64,000 nucleotides of DNA from Mobula hypostoma. Lineage: Eukaryota. The notes below the pieces were generated by a model, which was given only the letters and a program-made list of their open reading frames with translations, did not search any database and was not told the DNA's origin. The stretch's first letter is position 1. Each line of letters opens with the position of its first letter. The position numbers and the translations under genes were made by a program. Below are positions 12,310 to 25,400 of the stretch, piece after piece. Where the stretch lies: positions 120,158,001-120,222,000 of the forward strand of contig NC_086097.1 of assembly GCF_963921235.1 (NCBI RefSeq), read 5' to 3'.

Positions 12310-12432
12310 ATCTTGGCCTGAAACATCAACTGCTTATTCCCCTCCATAGATGTTGCCTGCCTGAACTGTTGAAGTCCTCTTGCATTTTGTGTGTGTTACT
12401 CTGGATTTCCAGCATCTGAAGAATATCTTGTA
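12310..12432 (+). mobile_element. Short Penelope-terminus unit with only the 3' half of the hammerhead
   Basis: TCTTGGCCTGAAACATCAACTG...GATTTCCAGCATCTG matches the family terminus. Confidence 0.65.
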
Positions 12433-12743
12433 TATATATATGTAATACGTTGTCTGAAAAGGGATTCAAACAGAATCACAGAAATAATATTACATTTACT
12501 ATGACGCTTGTTCATTCACCAGCATTTTTGTTGACAATATATGCACCTAGTCCTGTTAAAATTAGTTGTCATTTTCAGAAAGTCCTTTGTCTCTCAACCA
12601 TTCGCTACCCCCACAACAGCACAATAGGTCACTTATGCTCAGTACCTTGAAAGCAGGTGAATCATTTGAGTAAAACCACAGACCCCGGTGGGAGAATTAT
12701 TACTGCTGTAACTAGTGTAGTTTACCTGTCAGATGTGGCTGTC

Positions 12744-13246
12744 CACTCAGTGGCCACTTTATTAAGTACACCGGTACACCTGCTTATTAATGAAAATATC
12801 TCAACAAACATTCTGGTGGCAGGAACTCAATGCAGACATGGCCAAGAGGTTTGGTTGTTGCTCAGACCAAGCATTAGAATGGGGATAAAATGTGATCTAA
12901 GTGACTTCAACCAGGTAATAGTTATCGGTGCCAGACGGGGCAGTTTGCTGATCTCCTGGGATTTTCAGCACTGCAGTCTTTTGAGTCTATGGATAATGGT
13001 ACAAGAAGCAAAAATAAACATGCAGTGAACAGCAGATCTGTGGACAAAAATGCCTTGTTAATGAAAGAGGTCAGCAGAGCATGGCCAGATTGGTTCAAGC
13101 TGACAGGAAGGCGATAGTAACTCAAGTGACCACATTTTACAACAGTGGTGTGCAAAAGAGCAACTCTGAATGCACATTTCGAACCTTGAAGTGGATGAGC
13201 TACAGCAGCAGAAGACCTTGAACATGAACTTCGATACTATTGAGTG
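12744..13246 (+). mobile_element. Non-autonomous Tc1-like DNA transposon, internal deletion derivative
   Basis: TIR CACTCAGTGGCCACTTTATTAAGTAC and transposase N-terminal remnant MGIKCDLSDFNQVIVIGARRG. Confidence 0.8.
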
Positions 13247-13789
13247 TATATAGCACAGTATTTACTTCACATTTCCAGCATTAAGCACATCACAGCTGCA
13301 GTAATATATACCAGATAAAGCAAAACAAAACACCAGTTCAAAAATGTCCATTAAGATTCATCCCTTTCTAAATTCCTCTCTTTCTTCAGTCTTCAGTCTT
13401 TAAAGTCCATATCTGCTGAAGTGCATCTGCATTTCCTGAATTCATCCAGTTTATGAAATATTTATCACATTTAATTAGTTCAGTCTCTTGGCAGTCACAC
13501 ACTTGCTTTGTTTGTATTATTTATACTCGTTTTCTCTCATAAGCTCCCTGGTGAAATGTTTTAATTTCAATGACCATCTGTCTATATCTATATGCACTTT
13601 TTAAATTGGAACTGATTTACTTACAGGACACTTAGTAGTGAATGCTCCTTGACCTGGTTTAACCAGCAATGTATAAAGTATGAGCTGATTCATAACGAAT
13701 CAAATATGCTTCCAAGTCCAGTGCTGGATTGTTATATGAAATGGAGAGAATCTGTAGTGGTTCAGAAAACATGAAGACTCCTTTTAGAG

Positions 13790-14070
13790 CTACGTAGTGA
13801 TTAGTACAGTAGTGTAGCGGTTTGCACAATGCTTTACTGTACCAGTGACCTGGGTTCAATTCTCACCGCGGCCTGTGAGGAGTTTGTACGTTCTCGATCA
13901 CGTGGGTTTTCTCTGGGTGCTCCAGTTTCCTTCCACAGTCCAAAGACATACTGGTTGGTAAGTAAATTGTCTCGTGATTAGGCTAGGATTAAACTGGACT
14001 ATAGCTGGGTAGCACAGCTCGAAGGGCTGGAAGGGGCGTAATCCATGCTGTATCTCAATAAATAAATAGA
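13790..14070 (+). mobile_element. V-SINE / HE1-like tRNA-derived SINE
   Basis: A-box-like TAGTGTAGCGGT, B-box GGTTCAATTC, core GTGGGTTTTCTCTGGGTGCTCCAGTTTCCTTCCACAGTCCAAAGAC and (TAAA)n tail. Confidence 0.8.
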
Positions 14071-14400
14071 AATAATGTGTCCATTGATAAGAACAGACTG
14101 CACAAAATCATGAGAATATGAATTCATTAAAATGTGCAGATAGAAACTGTAAAGTTACTAGTAATTGAATATGCTCTTCTCGTTGCTGCCATCAAGGAGG
14201 AGGTACAGGAGACCGAAGACACACTCAATATTTTAGGAACAGGTTTTTCTCCTTCGCCATCAGATTTCTAAATGGATAATGAACCCATGTACACTACCTC
14301 AGTTTGCTCTCTTTTTTGCACGACCTTTTATACTATATACATAAGATATACTATATATCTTCTTATAATTTATAGTATATTTTATGTATTGCATTGTACT

Positions 14401-14941
14401 GTACCTAATAAAGTGGTCACTGAGAGCATATGCATGGTCTTCTGTTGCTGTAGCACATCCACTTCAAGGTTCGATGAGTTGTGTATTCAAAGATGCCCCT
14501 CTTCACGCCACAGTTGTAATGCATGATTATTTGGGTTACTGTCGCCTTCCTGCCTGCTTGAATCAGTCTGGCCATTCTCCTCTGATCTCTCTCATCAACA
14601 AAGCATTTTTGCCCACAGAACTGCCACTCATTGGATTTTGTTTTCTTTGTTTTTGTACCATTCTCTGTAAACTCTAGAGACCATTGTGCATGAAAATTCC
14701 AAGAGATCAGTCGTTTCTGAGCTACTTAAACCTGCATGTTTGGCACCAACGATCATTTCGCAGTCAAGGTCACTTAGATCACATTTCTTCCCCATTCTGA
14801 TGTTTGGTCTGAACAACAACTGAACCTTTTGACTACATCTGCATGCTTTTATGCATGAATTACAGCCACATGATCGACTGAATAAATACCTCGATTAATG
14901 AGCAGGTGTACAGATGTACCTATAAAAGTGGCGACTGAGTG
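14401..14941 (-). mobile_element. Non-autonomous Tc1-like transposon inserted in a Rex1 3' fragment (14174-14400, 14943-14970)
   Basis: ORF 14628-14819 MGKKCDLSDLDCEMIVGAKHAGLSSSETTDLLEFSCTMVSRVYREW (Tc1 HTH); TIR ...AAAGTGGCGACTGAGTG|TA. Confidence 0.85.
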
Positions 14942-17204
14942 TATGTCAGTGCTAATAAATCTGATTCTGAAAATAACAACTGTTGTAGATCTACACAAGA
15001 AAGTTTCCATTCTGTCAATAACCTATTGAATTGGAATAAATATCAATGTGTTCATCAATCCATCAATATAATTCAGAAACCTGTAGTGACATCTCCATAA
15101 AACCTACTTTTGTAGACAGGTGCAAGGTGGTGTTCAGAGCTCTACTATCCACAGTGGCCAATAAATTAATCCATGGAGACATTGGACATACATATTGGAA
15201 ACAGGCCCTTCAAATCAATTAATCCATGATAACCAAAAGGCCCGACCCAATCCTGTCTCATTTGACAACATTGGTTCCATAACCTTCCAAGCCTTTCCAA
15301 TTTGTATACCTGTCCAAATGTCTTTTAAAAGTTGTTATTGTGCCAGCTGCAACTGCTTCTTCTGCCAGCTCATTCCACATGAATATCACTATTTGGGTAA
15401 AATCATTTAAGGACACTAGCTTTCCAAAGTCTTAGTTTATAAATTTATTGACATACAAAAAACAGCTGGTCTAAAAACTCTTCTATGTGTACAAAGTATT
15501 TAAGAGTTCACTAGCTCTAGATGTATCTAGAGCGTTGGTCCACTGATCCAGAGTTAACTCTCATCAGAGAAGCTGAGGAACTCAAAGTCAAGTATTTTAG
15601 ATCAATCAGTATGCTGTTTCATCTTAACTGGTTGACTTAACATTTTAAAGAATGGGCATCTGCTGATCTCATCTGGTCTAGCCACTATCTGATTCCAGAA
15701 ATAATGTGATTAAGAAAAGATTAGCTTTATTGACCACATGTACATGTAAACATATAGTGAGATGCATTGTTGGTGTCAAATTAAATCAACAAGGATTGGA
15801 ATGTGACGCCATGCTTCCGAGGCCAACATAGTATTCGCGCAATACACTAACCCTGACTGTATGTCTTGTTACTCTGTGTTATGCCCAGAGAGCACTCGGT
15901 TCAGAGGGATAGTCAACAATGGTCCATTAATATTCCCTTTTGAAGTTTGTCCGCATCACATGAGCAATTTGATTAGAAAAACATGCACTTTAAAATTCCA
16001 CTTTACAGGCAGCTCTTGCCATTAGGCTCCTGTGTTTCATTATTTTAATCCACAGTGGCCTTTTCTCCTCAGCAGGAGGTAACTGGAGGAGATGGCATAA
16101 GGGAAATAATCAGGGAGACATTTCATTATCAGAGGGAGATTCTGGGTTGGAACCAATTAATAACAGTAACAATTTAGAGGTGATTTTGCCTAGAGGAAGA
16201 TCTTCAATTGGAGATATCCTGGCTGTCACACAACCTACCTAAAAACAATACTTCTAATATAACAACCACTTATTACACTACTGGTACAATCTCTCAATAT
16301 ATTTCTTCCCTTAGCGCATTCTGGGTCTGACATGGAGAAAAATAGTCCTTTAGAACATAGCAGCTGCAGTATGTGCAACAAAGTCTTCTTTTGCTGTTAA
16401 CAGGCAGCAAAGATTCATGTTATAATTCTTTTTTCTCCACTAATTCATTTACTTCTGGAATCTGTTTTCATGTTAAGATTTTTACATCATTAGATCTTTC
16501 TACTTCAAAGGAAAACAAAAGACCATAGGTTTCCTAGAGGGCTAAGGTAAATCATTAAACCCTATCCTCAGCATGAGGTTATGGTAACCGAGGAAACTGC
16601 TGTCTATCCTATATTGTGCTGAATGAGCTCATGGCATTTTCTGAGCCTTTTAATGTCCAGTGTGACGCTCTGCAAAGGAGTTCGCTGCTCTGTTAAGTTT
16701 TAGCTCATTTGTCGCCGTTAATTGCTAGGACCAATGCAGCCTCACTTTCAAAGACTCAGGTTCTCAGGACTATTTATTCTTATATACTGTATCTATTTTG
16801 TATTTGCACAGTGTTTTCTTTTACATATTGCTTGTTTGTCAGTCTTTGTATGTAGTTTTTCCGTGATCCTTTTGTATTTCTTCGATCTACTCTGAATGCC
16901 CTCAGCAAAATGATATATATTGACATATATGTACTTTGATAATAAATTTACTTTGAACATTGAAACTATGTTGAGTGTAGGTAAATTAGAGCATGTTTTT
17001 AGCTGGATCTGAGCAAGATTGTTTGATGTAAAGATTCTGAGCTCCATATTAAGCAAATGGAGCAAATTGGCTAAGCAATGTCCATTAGACACATGGCTGA
17101 TGGAACAGCAACATGCCTGTCCTGGATTGTATGAACCATGTTTACTTCCCATCAATGTGTGCAACATTGTTAAATGGCTGGATGCTTCAGGAAGGAGCCA
17201 ATGG

Positions 17205-17430
17205 TATAACACATACAAAATGCTGGAGAAACTCAGCAGATCAGACACCATCGATGGAGAGGAATAATCAGTCAATGTTCAGGGCTGTGACCCTTTATTA
17301 TGACTGGAAAAGAAGGGGAAAGAAACTAGAAAAAAAAGGTGAAGGAAAGGGAAGGAGTCTAGCTGGAATGTGACAAGTGAATCCAGGGGGAAGGTAGGTG
17401 GGTGGGGGATTGGAGAAGAAGTGAAAAGCT
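17205..17430 (-). mobile_element. Penelope-like 3' terminus with decayed hammerhead
   Basis: ACATACAAAATGCTGGAGAAACTCAGCAG terminus followed by a purine-rich UTR. Confidence 0.65.
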
Positions 17431-17433
17431 ATA

Positions 17434-17932
17434 TACTCAGTGACCACTCTGTTAGGTACACCTGTGCACCTGCTTGTTAATGTAAATATCTAATCAGTCA
17501 ATCAGGTGGCAGCAGCTCAGTGCATAAAAGCATGCAGACATGGTCAAGCGGTTCAGTTGTTGTTCAGACCAAACATCAAAATGGAGATCTCCGGGATTTT
17601 CACACACAACAGTCTAGAGATTTTAGAGAATGGTGAAAAACACACAAAAAAAATCCACTGAGCAGCAGTTCTGTGGGTGAAAGCACCTTATTAATAAGAT
17701 GTTTTATTAATACCTTAGAGGAGACAGCCAGACTGTTTTAAGCTGAAAAGAAGATGACAGTAACTCAAATAATCATGTGTTAAAACAGTGGCGTGCAGAA
17801 GTGCATCTCTAAAATACAACATGTTGAAAGTTAAAGTGGATGGGCTATAGAAGCAGAAATCCATGAACATACGATACATTCAGTCGCTACTTTATTTTTT
17901 ACAAGAGGTACCTAATAGAGTGGCCACTGAGT
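17434..17932 (+). mobile_element. Non-autonomous Tc1-like transposon
   Basis: Inverted ends ACTCAGTGACCACTCTGTTAGGTAC / GTACCTAATAGAGTGGCCACTGAGT; internal sequence matches 12744-13246. Confidence 0.85.
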
Positions 17933-18084
17933 TTGGATTACAGTATGTACAGGCTCTCACAATGTATCAAAATGAGGCAGCCACCTTTCCTCCAACTGAT
18001 TATTTAAATTGCTGATCTATAACTCTAGGAGGCTGGGAATTTTGCAACAAATGCCCCGCCTCCAGACACTAAAACCTTCACTCA

Positions 18085-18688
18085 TCTATGACACATTACC
18101 AGGACTATACATATGAATAGTCATGTGCTTCAACAGACTCGCAGCGGAGTGCTTCCTAACATGCTGCATCATTGCATGGTGCAGAAACTGCACTGTGGCA
18201 GACAGGAAGGCTCTCCAGTGGGTAGTCAGAACTGCCCAGCACTTCACTGACATCAACCTACTCACCATCAAGGACTTATATACAGAATGGTGCTGGCAAA
18301 AGGCCAGCCACGTCATGAAGGATCCCACTGACACTGTACGAGTGTTTGTCCTCGTACTTAGCGTCCACGCCCGGACCGTCAGACACAAAAACAGTTACTT
18401 TTCCCAAGCAGTCAACCTGATCAACACCTCTATCCACTAGCCCATCCCACCACACCCCTCCAGACACCGCTACATTATCATTTCCTATAGGAGTCACCTT
18501 CCTGTGCCTAGCGTCACTTGGACGTACAATCAACCTATGTATATAAGCTACCCTTATTTATTTAGATATTTATTGTGCCTTTTATCTTATTGTGTATTTT
18601 TGTGCTGCATTGGATCTGGAGTAACAATTATTTCACTCTCCCTTACACTTGTGCACTGGAAATGACATTAAGCAATTTTGAATCCTGA
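18085..18688 (+). mobile_element. Rex1/Babar-type LINE 3' fragment
   Basis: ORF 18123-18440 LTCCIIAWC...DRKALQWVVRTAQ...VRHKNSYFSQAV. Confidence 0.8.
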
Positions 18689-18755
18689 GGCCAGAAAAAT
18701 GTTGGGAAACTGTCCACCTGGCTGGTTGAATGCAATTCCAATAATTAATTGGGAG

Positions 18756-19900
18756 CAATTCGCACAACACGCTGAAGGAACTCAGCAGGTCAGGCAGCAT
18801 CCGTGGAAAGGATGAGTCAACGTTTCGGGCCGGAACCGTTCATCAGGACTGTAGGGGGAAGGGTCAGAGACCCTATAAAGGAGGTGGGGGGAGGGTGAGA
18901 AGGAGAAGGCTAGAAGGTTCCAGGTGAAAAACCAGTAAGGGGAAAGATAAAGGGGTGGGGGAGGGGAAGCAGGGAGGTGATAGGCAGGAAAGGTGAAGAA
19001 GGAATAGGGGAAAACACAATGGGTAGTAAAAGGAGGCGGAACCATGAGGGAGGTGATAGGCAGCTGGGGGAGGGGGCAGAGTGTGATAGGGATAGTGGGA
19101 GGGAGGGGAATGGAATTACCGGAAGTTGGAGTATTCAATGTTCATACCAAGGGGCTGGAGACTACCTAGACGGTATATGAGGTGTTGCTCCTCCAACCTG
19201 AGTTTAGCCTCATCATGGCAGTAGAGGAGGCCATGTATGGACATATCTGAATGGGAATGGGAAGCAAAGTTGAAGTGGGTGGCTACCGGGAGATCCTATC
19301 TGTTCTGACGGACGGAGCCGAGGTGCTCGACGAAGCAGTCCCCCAATCTGCGTCGGGTTTCAACGATGTAGAGGAGGCCGCACTGGGAGCACCGGATGCA
19401 ATAGATGACCCCAACAGACTCACGAGTGAAGTGTTGCCTCACCTGGAAGGACTGTTTGGGGCCCCGATTGGTGGCAAGAGAGGAGGTGTAGGGACATTTG
19501 TAGCTCTTACGTTTACAGGGATAAGTGCCAGGTGGGAGATCCGTGGTGAGGGACGTGTGGATCAGGAAGTCAAGGAGGGACCGATCCCTGTGGAAAGCGG
19601 AGAGGGGTGGAAAGGGAAAGATGTGCTTAGTGGTGGGGTCCTGTTGAAGGTGGCGGAAGTTGCGGAGGATAACGTACTGGATCCGGAGGCTGGTGAAGTG
19701 GTAGGTGAGGACAAGGGGAACTCTGTCCCTGTTGTGGTGGCGGGAGGATGGGGTGAGAGCCAAAGTGCAGAAAATGGAGGAGATGTGGGTGAGGGCATCA
19801 TTGATGACAGCAGAAGGGAAACCACAATCCTTAAAGAAAGAGGACATTTGAGATGTCCTGGAACAGGAAGCCTCATCCTGGGAGCAGATGCGGCGGGAAA
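18756..19900 (-). mobile_element. 5'-truncated Penelope-like element (GIY-YIG endonuclease) with 10-bp TSD
   Basis: ORF 19296-19940 RVPLVLTYH...GVIYCIRCSQCGLLYIVETRRRL..FVEH; TAATTGGGAG at 18746-18755 and 19901-19910. Confidence 0.92.
18815..18851 (-). ncRNA. Minimal type I hammerhead ribozyme (core intact, one helix II mismatch)
   Basis: Minus strand: CAGTC CTGATGA A CGG TTCCGG CCC GAAA C GTT GACT. AGTC/GACT helix I; GUU cleavage triplet. Confidence 0.7.
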
Positions 19901-21023
19901 TAATTGGGAGTGCATTCATCCTCAAAACAATTAGATGCATAAACCAATGTTTATTTTGACTATTATTTTTGCCACTCTGTCATACTTCGGGACACGATAG
20001 ATTTATCAAATCTTTATCTAAAGATGGCATGAATTATTATTAATTGATACTGGCATCCTTCATAATTAGCTTAGCTGTTAAAACACCTCTTGATATGGTT
20101 CTATTATACAGAGAATTAGAATAAATTTTTATTATAGTTTCAGAATTAATAACACAGAAGATGTGCTAAACTTGTATAAACTTTGGCTTTTTCACATATG
20201 GGGTTATTTCAACTCAGTCTGTAACTCAGATGCAGCAATAGAGCTTTTCATCTTGGCTTAAAGAGATAGAGAGGATGTAAGCCAATGTTTTAGCGTCAAT
20301 TCACATCCAGTAGCCCTGCAGAAAAGTGCAAATAAACACGGAAAATCAATTTGCCGTGCTTATCCTACCATCTGCCAACTTGCTATTATTTCCAAAATAA
20401 TCTGGTTATATTTCTTACATCTTAGTCTATATCTATGACCCTTTCTTAAGGCTTACTAAATAATCTGTGACAATCCACTTGGTTTGACCTTACTTATTTT
20501 TAAAAAATGTTTCTTACTACACATAATTTATTCCACACTGATATAAAGCCTAGTTCTTGAACATCCTGTTATGTTTCAAAGGAAGCAGAATTAAGTGAAT
20601 CAATAGGTTAAAGATTGAAACTAATGGATAAGATCAGAGAAGGCTGAGCCAGAGGACTAGACCCAGAATGGGTAGCTGTTTGCCAGACACACAGCAGTGA
20701 GTATGGTAGCAGATAGATTCAAAGTGACAGAAGGTTAAAAGTACCTCACAGGGACGAGTCTTGGGACTATTGCTGTTCACATATGACATTAATATATTTG
20801 GACATTGGAATCAAAATTTTTTTTCAAATTTGCAGATTGAAATGATAATCAATACTGAATAGGAAGGTAGCAAATAACAGCAGTACGTTTAATTGATAAA
20901 ATGTCTCCACTGATACTGATGACTTGCAGAATATTTCAAACTGCTCTGTTTTTTTATGTTTCCAGTACTTAAGTTTTCTATATAATCACCAGATTATATA
21001 CACCAGAGTCTGAGAGTCAGAGT

Positions 21024-22437
21024 CATAGAGAAGTACAACACAGAAGCAGGCCCTTCGGCCCATCTAAGCCATACCATAACTGTTTAGACTGGCTACTCTC
21101 AACAGCCTGCATCGGGACCATGGCCCTCTATACCCCTATATTCCATGTATCTATCCAAAATTCTCTGTAACATTCAAACGAGTTTGCATGCACCACTTGT
21201 GCTGGCAGTTCATTCCACACTCTCACGACCCTATGAGTGAAGAAGTTTCCCCTTTTGTTTGCCTTAAACTTCTCACCTTTCACACTTAAACCATGTTCTC
21301 TGGTTGTAGTCCTACCCAACCTCAGTGGAAAAAAGCCTGCTTGCATTTACTCTATCTATACCCTTCATAATTTTGTATATCTCTATCAAACCTCCTCTCA
21401 GTCTTCTACGTTCTAAGGAATACAGTCCTAATCCATTCAATCTTCCCTTATAATTCAGGATCTTCAGACCCAGCAACATCCTTGTAAATTTCCTCTGTAC
21501 TCATTCAATCTTGTTTACATCCTTTCTGTAGTTAGGTAACCAAAACTGCACAAAATACTTCAAATTAGGCCTCACCAACATCTTATACCAGTGATCTCCA
21601 ACCTCCGGGCCGTGGACCTATACATTGCAGCAAAGAATGCAGTGGTGCAGCAGTAGTCGGATTGTGGATTGCGTCGCCTCTGATCTGGGCCGACATTTAC
21701 ATGCTGGGCAGCACCTAATTAATTAGCTTGTTTACTTCAGCTTTTTTCTTAAAGATGTGCTGGGTGTGTTCCGACTACCGCTGCACCACTGCATTCTTCA
21801 CGGACAACTGTCTTATACAACTTCAGCAAAACATCCTATCTCCTGCACTCAATACATTGGTTTATGAAGGTCAATGTTTAAAAGCTTTCTTTATGATCCT
21901 ATCTACATGTGACACTACTTTCAATGAATTCTGGTACTGTATTCCCAGATTCCTTTGTTCTACCACACTCCTCCGTGCCATACTGTTTATGATGTAAGAC
22001 CTAACCTGGATGGTCCTGCTGATGTGCAAAACCTTACACTTGTCTTCATTAAATTCCATCTGTTATTTTCAGCCATTTTTTTCCCCAGCTGATGCAAATT
22101 TCTCTGCAAACCATGATAGCCTTCTTCACTGTCCACTACACCCCAATCTTGGTGTCATCCACAAATTGGCTGATCCAGTTAACCACATTATTATCCAGAT
22201 CATTTATATAGATGATAAACACTGATCCCCGCAGCACACCACAAGTCACAGGCCTCCAGTCAGAGAGGCAACCTTCTACAACCACTCTTTGACTTCTCCC
22301 CCAAAGCCAATGTCTAATCCAATTTACTACCTCATCCTGAAAGCCGAGCGACTGAACTTTCTTGATCAGCCTCCCATGTGGATCTTGTCAAATGCCTTAC
22401 TAAAGTCCATGTAGACAACATCCACTGCCTTGCCTTC
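21024..22437 (-). mobile_element. CR1 LINE 3' portion (RT C-terminus and UTR)
   Basis: ORFs 21871-22059 (MEFNEDKCKVLH) and 21128-21346 (NFFTHRVVRVWNELP); VDVVYMDFSKAFDK region near 22430-22385. Confidence 0.85.
21589..21810. mobile_element. hAT-type MITE (222 bp) with exact 8-bp TSD
   Basis: TCTTATAC at 21581-21588 and 21811-21818; CAG...CTG ends; subterminal inverted repeat at 21633-21661 / 21770-21798. Confidence 0.85.
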
Positions 22438-22444
22438 AAACATT

Positions 22445-25400
22445 TTAGAAAAGCCTACAGCACAATCCAGGCCTTTCAGCCCACAAAGCTGTCTGAACAT
22501 GGCCTTACCTGAGAAATTACCTAGGGTTACCCATAGCCCTCTAATTTTATGTGCTCCATATACCTGTCTAGGAGTCTCTTAAAAGACCCTATCATCTCTG
22601 CCTGCACCACTGTCACTGGCAGCACATTCCACGCACTCACCACTCTCTGCGTAAAAAACTTAACCCCAATATTTCCTCTGTACCTACTTCCAAGCACCTT
22701 AAAACTATGCCCTCTCGTGCTAGCCATTTCAGCCCTGGGAAAAAGCCTCTGATTATCCACATGATCAATGCATCTCATCATCTTGTACACATCTATCAGG
22801 TCACCTCTCATCCTCCGTCACTCCAAGGAGAAAAGGCCAAATTCACTCAATCTATTCTCATAAGGCATGCTTCCCAATCCAGGCAACATCCTTGTAAATC
22901 TCTTCTGCACCCTTTCTATGATTTCCACGTCATTCCTATAGTGAGGCAACCAGAACTGACCACAGTTCTCCAAGTGGAGCCTGACCAGGGTCCTATGTCG
23001 CTGCAACATTACCTCTCAGCTCCTTAACTCAATCCCATGATTGATGAAGGCCAATGTACCGTATGCTTTCTTAACCACAGAGTCAACCTGCGCAGCAGCT
23101 TTGAGTGTCCTATGGACTCGGACCCCAAGATCCCTCTGATCCTCCACACTGCCAAGAGTCTTACCATTAATACTATATTCTGCCATCATATAAGACCATA
23201 AGACCATAAGACAAAGGAGCAGAAGTCGGCCATTTGGCCCATCGAGTCTGCTCCGCCATTTTATCATGAGCTGATCCATTCTCCCATTTAGTCCCACTCC
23301 CCCGCGTTCGCACCATAACCTTTGATGCCCTGGCTACTCAGATACCTATCAATCTCTGCCTTAAATACACCCAATTACTTGGCGTCCACTGCTGCCCGTG
23401 GCAACAAATTCCATAGATTCACCACCCTCTGACTAAAAAAATTTCTTTGCATCTGTTCTGAATGGGCGCTCTTCAATCCTTAAGTCATGCCCTCTCGCAC
23501 TAGACTCCCCCATCATGGGAAACAACTTTACCATATCCACTCTGTCCATGCCTTTCAACATTTGAAATGTTTCTATGAGGTCCCCCCCATTCTTCTAAAC
23601 TCCAAGGAATACAGTCCAAGAGCGGTCAAACGTTCCTCATATGTTAACCCTCTCATTCCCGGAATCATTCTAGTGAATCTTCTCTGTACCCTCTCCAACG
23701 TCAGCACATCCTTTCTTAAATAAGGAGCCCAAAACTGCCCACAGTACTCCAAATGAGGTCTTAGCAGCGCCTTATAGATCCTCAACGTCACATCCCTGCT
23801 CCTGTACTATATTCCTCTAGAAATGAATGCCAACATTGCATTCGCCTTCTTCACTACCGACTCAACCTGGAGGTTAACCTTAAGAGTATCCTGTACGAGG
23901 ACTCCCAAGTCCCGTTGCATCTCAGAACTTTGAATTCTCTCCCCATTTAAATAATAGTCTGCCCGTTTATTTCTTCTGCCAAAGTGCATAACCATACACT
24001 TTACAACATTGTATTTCATTTGCCACTTCTTTGCCCATTCTTTCAATCTATCCAAGTCTCTCTGTAGACTCTTCGTTTCCTCAGCACTACCGGCCCCTCC
24101 ACCTATCTTCGTATTGTCAGCAAACTTAGCCACAAAGCCATCTATTCCATAATCCAAATCATTGATGTACAACGTAAAAATAAGTGGCTCCAACTCGGAT
24201 CCCTGTGGAACACCACTGGTAACCGCAGCCAACCAGAATAGGATCCCTTTATTCCCACTCCCTGTTTCCTGCCAATCAGTCAACACCCTATCCATGTATG
24301 TAACTTTCCTGTAATTCCATGGGCTCTTATCTTGTTAAGTAGCCTCATGTTTGGCACCTTGTCAAAGGCCTTCTGAAAATCCAAATATACAACATCCACT
24401 GTATCTCCCTTGTCTAGCCTACTTGCAATTTCCTCAAAAAATTGTCATAGGTTTGTCAGGCAGGATTTTCCTTTAAGGAAACCATGCTGATTTCTGCCTA
24501 TCTTGTCTTATGCCTCCAGGTACTCCATAACCTAATTTTTGACAATCAACTCCAACAACTTCCCAACCACCAATGTCAAGCTAAGAGGTCTTTAATTTCA
24601 TTTTTGCTTCCTTTCTCCCTTCTTAAATAGTGGAGTGACATTTGCAATTTTCCAGTCCTCCGGAACCATGCCAGAATTTACCGACTTTTGAAAGATCATA
24701 GCTAATGCCTCAGTAATCTCCACAGCTACTTCCTTCAGAACACGAAGGTGCATTCCATCTCGTCCAGGAGATTTATCTACCTCTAGACTATTCTACTTCC
24801 TGAGTACGTTCTCTGTCATAATTGTGACTGTGCACACTTCTCTTCCCTGCCACCTTTGAGTGTCCGGTATACTGCTGATGTCTTCCTCAGTGAAGACTGA
24901 TGCAAAATACTCATTCAGTTCCTCTGCCATCTCCTTATCTTCCATTACAATTTCTCCAGCATCATTTTCTATCGGTCCTATATCTACTCTCACCTGTCTT
25001 TTACTCTTTATATACTTGAAAAAGCTTTTAGTATCCTCTTTGATATTATTTGCTAGCTTCCTTTCATAGTTTCTCTTTTCCCTCTTAATGACCTTCTTAG
25101 TTTCCTTTTGTAAGCTTTTAAAAACTTCCCAATCCTCTGTCTTCCCACTACTTTTTGCCTTATTGTATGCCCTCCCTTTTTCTTTAACTTTGGCTTTGAC
25201 TTCTCTTGTCAGCCACGGTTGCATCCTTTTTCCATTCGAAAATTTCTTCTCTTTTGGAATATACCTGTCTTGCACCTTCCTCACTTATCACATAAACTCC
25301 AGCCACTGCTGCTCTGCCATCCTTCCAGCCGGTGTCCCTTTCCAGTCAACTTTGGCCAGTTCCTCTCTCATGCCACTACAATTTCCTTTACTCCACTGAA

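Larger units (their letters stand above)
8190..12315 (-). mobile_element. Near full-length, decayed Rex1/Babar-type LINE (AP endonuclease + RT) with two nested insertions
   Basis: 5' AAGATGG start near 12313, then LGNVQSLKNKIQDLRARL (about 11990-11940). ORFs 10495-10968 (GDFN, TLDH, GKSDH), 10260-10556, 9818-10192 (GPDGV) and 8514-9029 (YKFADS, LNISKSKELMVDFR). Confidence 0.85.

Noticed and set aside
13625..13751. Candidate minus-strand exon ending CCT|gtaagt
   Set aside because: All frames from the better acceptors contain stops. Only a 60-nt version with a weak acceptor is open, and its phase does not fit the neighbouring candidates.
13805..13870. tRNA gene
   Set aside because: The A/B boxes belong to a SINE head; no cloverleaf is evident.
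15520..15710. Possible ancient SINE remnants, also at about 30130-30210 and 32400-32720
   Set aside because: Similarity too decayed to support a call by eye.
19251..19934. 227-aa plus-strand ORF
   Set aside because: Antisense shadow of the Penelope GIY-YIG ORF; most other listed ORFs are likewise antisense or alternative frames of repeats.
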